A stretch of DNA of 64,000 nt from Natranaerovirga hydrolytica (lineage in GTDB: Bacteria > Bacillota > Clostridia > Lachnospirales > DSM-24629). Within the stretch, counting starts at the first letter, position 1. Each line of letters starts with the position of its first letter. The stretch spans positions 136,352 through 200,351 of the forward strand of contig NZ_SMGQ01000013.1 of assembly GCF_004339095.1 (NCBI RefSeq), written 5' to 3'. Shown here piece after piece: positions 58,745 through 64,000 of this stretch. The translations under genes and the position numbers were made by a program. The notes under the pieces are model-generated. The model was given only the letters and a program-made list of their open reading frames with translations, ran no database searches and was not told where the DNA came from.

Positions 58745-60100
58745 TTATTTAGGCAAGGAAATGATAAATTTACTACCTTGTCCTTCTGTGCTTTCAACGC
58801 GAATCGTACCATTATGGGCATTAATAATTTCTTTTACAATGGAGAGTCCTAACCCAGAACCTCCAGTCGCTTTATTTCTTGAAGAGTCTCCTCTATAAAA
58901 CCTTTCAAAAACAAATGGAATATCTTCTTTTTTAATACCGCAGCCAGAATCTTCAACAATAATTATCACGTGGTGTGAAGCGTTTTCCACACTTACTTTT
59001 ACAAAATCATTTTCAGAGGTATAGTGATAAGCATTTTTTAACAAATTAATAATAACCTGTTTCAGTTTATCTTTATCTCCGTTAATCAATACATTTTCGT
59101 CAGATTCAAATTTTAAAAAAATCTTTTTTTCTAAATACATGGTCTCAAATTGTATCATAACGGTTTGTATCAACTCATTTAATGAAAGCGTCTTTTTATT
59201 TAATGATGAAATGTGTGCATCTAAATCAGTTAGTTTGTCCAAATTCTCTACTAGTCTAGTTAAGCGAACGACCTCTTCGTAACAAATTTTTAATTTGTCC
59301 GGCGTAGGCTCCCATATATGATCTAATAAAGCTTCAATTTGATTTTGTAATACATTTAAAGGTGTTCTAAGTTCATGAGAGATATCAGAAGTTAAGCGCT
59401 TTCTTAAAAGTTCTTGTTGCTCTAGTGTTGAAGCCAAATGATTTATTGTAGAAGCCAATTTATCAATTTCAAAAGTATTAGAACGTATAGAAACTCTTGA
59501 AGATAGATCTCTTTCTAACAAGTTAGCGGTGTCATTAATGGTAATAATTGGTTTCGTTAGTTGTTTAGCAATAAAGTAACCTATAAAAATCGCTAATACC
59601 AAACCCAATATAGCAACAATACCAAGCCCTGTAAAAAGTGTGTTTTTAAACTTAATATCTGAATCACTTAAAAGTAAAGAACCGTATTGTCCAATATCAA
59701 CATATCCAATTAGATTATTATTTTGATAAATAGAATAAGTGGATTCTACATAATGATCTGAAGAAGTGGATGTATGTCTTTGAGAATGACTATGTGGCAT
59801 CATTCTAGAAGAGTGATTATGAGAAGTCCATATAACCTCTTCATTGGTATCACGCAAAGTCAGATAATACCCTTCTGTCATAGCATTATGACTTAAAGCC
59901 ATCAAAACATCATGACTAAGAGTCGTTGTACTTTCTAAGTAAGAAACAATTTCTTGATTTCTACGTTCTTGATTGTCGTATATATAGCTTTCAAATGTAT
60001 TATCAATGATTAGTTTAGTTACTAGGAAGAACATACCAATCATTATAATTGAAGAAAAAGCAAAGACTAATGTCATTTTTTTAGTTAAAGTGATTTTCAT
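58745..60100 (-). CDS. sensor histidine kinase
   Basis: Two TM helices, HAMP, and H-box SHELRTPLN. Confidence 0.8.
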   Translation of the reverse strand: MKITLTKKMTLVFAFSSIIMIGMFFLVTKLIIDNTFESYIYDNQERRNQEIVSYLESTTTLSHDVLMALSHNAMTEGYYLTLRDTNEEVIWTSHNHSSRMMPHSHSQRHTSTSSDHYVESTYSIYQNNNLIGYVDIGQYGSLLLSDSDIKFKNTLFTGLGIVAILGLVLAIFIGYFIAKQLTKPIITINDTANLLERDLSSRVSIRSNTFEIDKLASTINHLASTLEQQELLRKRLTSDISHELRTPLNVLQNQIEALLDHIWEPTPDKLKICYEEVVRLTRLVENLDKLTDLDAHISSLNKKTLSLNELIQTVMIQFETMYLEKKIFLKFESDENVLINGDKDKLKQVIINLLKNAYHYTSENDFVKVSVENASHHVIIIVEDSGCGIKKEDIPFVFERFYRGDSSRNKATGGSGLGLSIVKEIINAHNGTIRVESTEGQGSKFIISLPK

Positions 60101-60788
60101 TTTTCTCACCTTCAAATCTATACCCAATGCCAAAAACAGTTTTAATATATTCAGGTTTTTTAGGGTTGGTTTCTATTTTTTTTCGTATATTTTTTATATG
60201 GGCATCTATGGTTCGGTCATAGCCATTATAGTCGATTCCAAGAACTTTATCAATTAACGCTTCTCTAGAAAAAACCTTATTTGGATTAACGGCAAAGAAA
60301 ATTAAAAATTTATATTCTAATCCAGTAAGATTAAGAGGAACATTATTTTTGTATACACGGTGTTCTGTAGTATGAATAATTAAATCATCGTGATTGAATT
60401 TTAAAATAGGTGAAATGGTTTTTGATGCCTTAACCCTACGAAGCAAAGTTTGAACCCTAACAACCAGTTCTCTTGGACTAAATGGTTTTATTAAATAATC
60501 GTCAGCACCTAATTGTAACCCACTAATTCGATCATCAACTGTGCTTTTAGCAGTTAACATAATAATAGGCAGATCAGATTGTTTGCGAACTTCTTTACAA
60601 ATTTCTTCACCGTTTATAGTAGGTAACATTAAGTCAAGAATCAATAAATCAGGTTGTATTTGAAAAAACAAATCTAAACCTTTAGCACCATCAAGAGCAG
60701 TAGAAACTGTATGATTATCTTTTTCTAAATATGCTTGAACAACTTCTAGCACTTTTTCTTCATCTTCTATAATTAAAATATTTGCCAT
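60081..60788 (-). CDS. OmpR-family response regulator
   Basis: Receiver domain (DLMLP, K) and winged helix. Confidence 0.85.
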   Translation of the reverse strand: MANILIIEDEEKVLEVVQAYLEKDNHTVSTALDGAKGLDLFFQIQPDLLILDLMLPTINGEEICKEVRKQSDLPIIMLTAKSTVDDRISGLQLGADDYLIKPFSPRELVVRVQTLLRRVKASKTISPILKFNHDDLIIHTTEHRVYKNNVPLNLTGLEYKFLIFFAVNPNKVFSREALIDKVLGIDYNGYDRTIDAHIKNIRKKIETNPKKPEYIKTVFGIGYRFEGEKNENHFN

Positions 60789-61017
60789 ATAAAAACTCCT
60801 TTAAGACATTTACTTAAATATTATTATACCAAAACCATATGAAGAAAAAATGAATACATATAATAATTTATAGTCATATTTATACCAATTCTATTATATA
60901 TATAAGAGGGTATAATTATTTTGCCTAAAATTATATATTTTCAAGGATAACCTGTTTTTTACTGAGTTTGGACCTGTATGGAGCAGGTTAAATTAAAATG
61001 TAAAGGGAGAATAAAAA

Positions 61018-62697
61018 ATGAAGCAAAGAATGAAAAAAATTTTTTCTATCATTTTGACATTAAGTGTGGCAATGACGTTGGTAATGCCAACTCAAGTTTT
61101 AGGGGCTAATGAAAAGAGACAGATTATTAATGTTGGAGAGAATTCTTGTGCTGTTATTATGAATGATGGTAGTTTATGGACTTGGGGAAACAATCAAGAT
61201 GGACAATTAGGTGATGGTACAAAACAAAACAGAAACAAGCCTGTGAAGATAATGGAAAATGTCGTACAAGTTTCCATAGGAGAAAGCCATGGATTAGCAG
61301 TAAAAAGTGATGGTACGTTATGGGGCTGGGGATCAAATTTGTTTTATCAATTAGGTGATCTTGAAGAGATTGATGTCCTTACGCCTGTATTATTAATGGA
61401 AGATGTTGCTACGGCTTCTGCAGGTGGTGCTTTATCATTGGTTGTCAAAAAAGATGGGACACTGTGGGGAGCAGGCAGTAATTATTTGGGAATGTTAGGT
61501 GTTGGAGAAGATGTGTATACAAGAGAATTTGTAAAAATCTTAGATGATGTAGAAAAAGTATATTCAGGAAACTGGCACAATGGAGCCATTAAAAAAGATG
61601 GTAGTTTGTGGGTTTGGGGAGACAATATAGATGGACAGTTAGGTGACGGAACAACTGAAATAAGATATACACCAATAAAAATAATGGATAACGTTAAAGA
61701 CGTTGTCATGGTCAGATGGCATACATTGGTTATAAAAGAAGATAATAGTTTATGGGGATTTGGTCGAAATGGGCTTGGACAATTAGGAGATGGTACAGAG
61801 GAGAATAAAAAAACACCTATAAAAATAATGGATGATGTCAAGAAAGCATCCATAGAAAGCCAATACACTGTTGTGTTAAAAAATGATAATACGTTATGGG
61901 AGTTTGGTTATAGAGGATTTATAGAGGACTCAGAATATGGTATGCTTATGCTAACACCAGAAAAATTAAAAGAAGATGTAATGAGTATGGCAGTTGGGGA
62001 AAGACATATATTGATAGTGACCTTAGATGGGGACTTAGTGACTATGGGTGAAAACGAATCTGGTCAATTAGGAGATGGAACCAATGAGGATAATTATAAG
62101 GGTGTAGTCATTATAGATGGATTAACAAATGAACCAATTTTTTATTCAGAACCCAATCAAGAAGAAAGCTCAAAACCATCTTTATGGGCAGAAGAAGGAG
62201 TAAATGAAGCCATTCAGTATGATTTAGTAACTGAAAGAGTTTTAAGCCATTATCAAGAAAATATAACACGAGAAGAATTTTGTGAGTTGGTTGTCAAGTT
62301 GTATGAAAATTTGAAAGGCAAACCATTAGAGGTATCCGTGGCAAATGAGTTTATAGATACAAATAATGAAGAAGTATTAAAAGCTTATGAACTAGGCATT
62401 GTATATGGCATTAGTCAGGATAAATTTGGACCGGCACAATCCATTACTAGAGAAGAAATAGCCGTTATGTTTGATAGACTTTTAAAGGCTTTAGAAATTA
62501 ATCCAACACTAACAATGGAATATGTTTATTTCTCAGATGAAGCAGATATATCTACTTGGGCAAAAGACTCGGTTCAAAAACTAAATAAACTCGGTATCAT
62601 TAATGGCATTGGTTCAGAACAAATAGGACCTAAAGACTTAGCAACGAGAGAACAAGCCATCTTATTTGTCTTAAGAACCTATAAATTATTTAATTAA
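61018..62697 (+). CDS. RCC1-repeat protein with C-terminal SLH domains
   Basis: Signal peptide, repeated GQLGDGT blades, and a C-terminal SLH-like region. Confidence 0.6.
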   Translation: MKQRMKKIFSIILTLSVAMTLVMPTQVLGANEKRQIINVGENSCAVIMNDGSLWTWGNNQDGQLGDGTKQNRNKPVKIMENVVQVSIGESHGLAVKSDGTLWGWGSNLFYQLGDLEEIDVLTPVLLMEDVATASAGGALSLVVKKDGTLWGAGSNYLGMLGVGEDVYTREFVKILDDVEKVYSGNWHNGAIKKDGSLWVWGDNIDGQLGDGTTEIRYTPIKIMDNVKDVVMVRWHTLVIKEDNSLWGFGRNGLGQLGDGTEENKKTPIKIMDDVKKASIESQYTVVLKNDNTLWEFGYRGFIEDSEYGMLMLTPEKLKEDVMSMAVGERHILIVTLDGDLVTMGENESGQLGDGTNEDNYKGVVIIDGLTNEPIFYSEPNQEESSKPSLWAEEGVNEAIQYDLVTERVLSHYQENITREEFCELVVKLYENLKGKPLEVSVANEFIDTNNEEVLKAYELGIVYGISQDKFGPAQSITREEIAVMFDRLLKALEINPTLTMEYVYFSDEADISTWAKDSVQKLNKLGIINGIGSEQIGPKDLATREQAILFVLRTYKLFN

Positions 62698-62801
62698 GAA
62701 AGTAAATCTTATAGTTTGAAAAGTGGTTTTCCATTTTTTTACTTGGAAAATCTCTAGAAATAAGCTATAATGGTGTCAAAACTTAAGGAGGATATATTAA
62801 T

Positions 62802-63440
62802 ATGAAAATTGCACTAATAAATGAAAATAGCCAAGCGGCTAAAAATGAAATTGCTTACAATACTTTGAAGAAGGTAGTAGAACCAAAAGGACATACAGTT
62901 TATAATTATGGTATGTATACGCCAGAAGATGACACTCAGTTAACATATGTTATGGCCGGTTTATTGTCATCTATTTTATTAGAAACAAAAGCAGCAGATT
63001 TTGTTGTAACAGGTTGTGGTACAGGTGAAGGTGCAGTAATGGCAGCTAATGCATTTCCTGGTGTGTTATGTGGACACATTGTAGATCCAGCTGATGGGTT
63101 CTTATTTGCTCAAATAAACGATGGTAATGCCATATCATTAGCATTTGCAAAAGGATTCGGATGGGGTGCTGAATTAAACTTAGAATACATCTTTGAAAAA
63201 TTATTCCAAGGTGAAAAAGGCCAAGGCTATCCAAAAGAGAGAGTTGAGCCACAACAAAGAAATAAAAAGATTTTAGATGAAGTTAAAAAAGTGACCCATG
63301 TAGACTTATTAACGATCTTAAAAAATATTGACCAAGAATTCTTAAAAACTGCTATAAGTGGACCAAAGTTCCAAGAATATTTCTTTGCAAATTGCCAAGA
63401 TCAAGAAGTAGCAGATTACTTAAAAAGCGTATTAAACTAA
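62802..63440 (+). CDS. RpiB/LacA/LacB-family sugar-phosphate isomerase (long form)
   Basis: GCGTGEGAVMAANA active-site region. Confidence 0.55.
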   Translation: MKIALINENSQAAKNEIAYNTLKKVVEPKGHTVYNYGMYTPEDDTQLTYVMAGLLSSILLETKAADFVVTGCGTGEGAVMAANAFPGVLCGHIVDPADGFLFAQINDGNAISLAFAKGFGWGAELNLEYIFEKLFQGEKGQGYPKERVEPQQRNKKILDEVKKVTHVDLLTILKNIDQEFLKTAISGPKFQEYFFANCQDQEVADYLKSVLN

Positions 63441-63504
63441 TATTTTCATTTAAACCTTGCGCCTGAAACGAAGTGGAAGGCTTGTTACAAGGTTAATATA
63501 AAAG

Positions 63505-63550
63505 TACAGATAAAAAAGCGTAGGTTATAAGACATAACTTACGCTTTTTT
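63505..63550 (+). terminator. rho-independent terminator
   Basis: AAGCGTAGGTTAT...ATAACTTACGCTT stem followed by TTTTTG. Confidence 0.6.
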
Positions 63551-63656
63551 GTATGCTATAGATGAAGAAAAAAGTTCTATTGAATAAAGCGTTTGTTTTA
63601 TGTATAATGCAGATAAATAAGAAATGTTTTTTAAATACCTATTTGGGAGGATGCAT

Positions 63657-64000
63657 ATGGTAGTACTTGACTCAAGTTTAGCTCAAAAATTTATTCATAA
63701 AACTGCCAATTATTTTGAATACAATATAAATATAATGAATTACAAAGGCATTATTATTGCCAGTAAAGATGAATCAAGAGTAGGAGATTTTCATGAAGTA
63801 GCTTATAATATGTTAAGAGGAGCTTTGGATACTGGGATTGTAAAGGAAGAACAAAAATACTTAGGTACCAAGTTAGGGGTTAACCTATTCATTGAATATA
63901 AAGGTGAAAACATAGGGGTAATTGGCGTATCTGGAGATCCTGATACAGTAAAAGTTTTTGCCCACATGCTAAAAAACTTTTTGGAAGCCATGATAGAATA
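63657..64000 (+). CDS. CdaR-family sugar-diacid regulator, N-terminal part (runs off window)
   Basis: Diacid-recognition-like N-terminus. RBS TGGGAGGA. Confidence 0.5.
   Translation, partial: MVVLDSSLAQKFIHKTANYFEYNINIMNYKGIIIASKDESRVGDFHEVAYNMLRGALDTGIVKEEQKYLGTKLGVNLFIEYKGENIGVIGVSGDPDTVKVFAHMLKNFLEAMIE

Noticed and set aside
1-64000. An integron integrase (intI) within the window.
   Set aside because: No ORF has tyrosine-recombinase motifs. Cassette orientation predicts it lies left of position 1 on the minus strand. The claim that this is an integron rather than a standalone cassette array therefore cannot be completed from this window.

Overview
The window is low-GC (about 30 % GC) Firmicute DNA that looks Clostridia-like: it carries [FeFe]-hydrogenase maturases HydE/HydG/HydF, a GerMN protein and an SLH-domain protein. 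It divides into two parts.

(1) Positions 1 to about 22.7 kb are a dense array of at least 25 short ORFs, all on the + strand. Almost every ORF is followed by a related 50-140 bp imperfect palindrome that opens with an RYYYAAC-like box (ATATAAC / AGATAAC) and closes with a GTTRRRY box (GTTATCT, GTTAGAT, GTTAGGC, GTTGTCT, GTTGAGT). This is the architecture of an integron gene-cassette array with attC sites. No integrase is in the window; it would be expected just left of position 1 on the minus strand, so within the window this is a CALIN-like array. The cargo is typical cassette content: two RelE/ParE toxin-antitoxin modules (one toxin frameshifted), Fic, three GNATs, HAD, a CN-hydrolase, methyltransferases, nitroreductases, an XRE regulator, and many small membrane proteins and lipoproteins. 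It also contains several decayed genes (in-frame TGA and TAG stops, gene fragments, an internal duplication). An integron-type array in a low-GC hydrogenase-bearing Firmicute is the standout candidate for an undescribed system.

(2) Positions 22.7-64 kb are ordinary chromosome. They encode a nitroreductase, CsaA-like protein, MBL hydrolase, DHFR, an OmpR/HK pair, a GerMN lipoprotein, an FNT channel, pectinesterase, NfeD-flotillin, a DUF4097 lipoprotein, DedA/VTT, amidohydrolase, WrbA, a DUF438-like protein, a regulator-hydE-hydG-hydF operon, TetR, a CDF transporter, a permease, two tandem LacI regulators, a yiaK-L-MNO-like TRAP locus, a sugar-binding protein next to a second HK/RR pair, an RCC1-SLH protein, an RpiB-like isomerase and a CdaR-like regulator start.

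A second unexplained signal is a family of four hairpins (48.35, 48.76, 58.54 and 58.64 kb). Each has a stem of different sequence enclosing the same 24-nt loop, GCAAACTTGCYRGCAAGGATTTGG. They are accompanied by three copies of a long perfect hairpin, CCTTATGCCTCTTAC-N4-GTAAGAGGCATAAGG.
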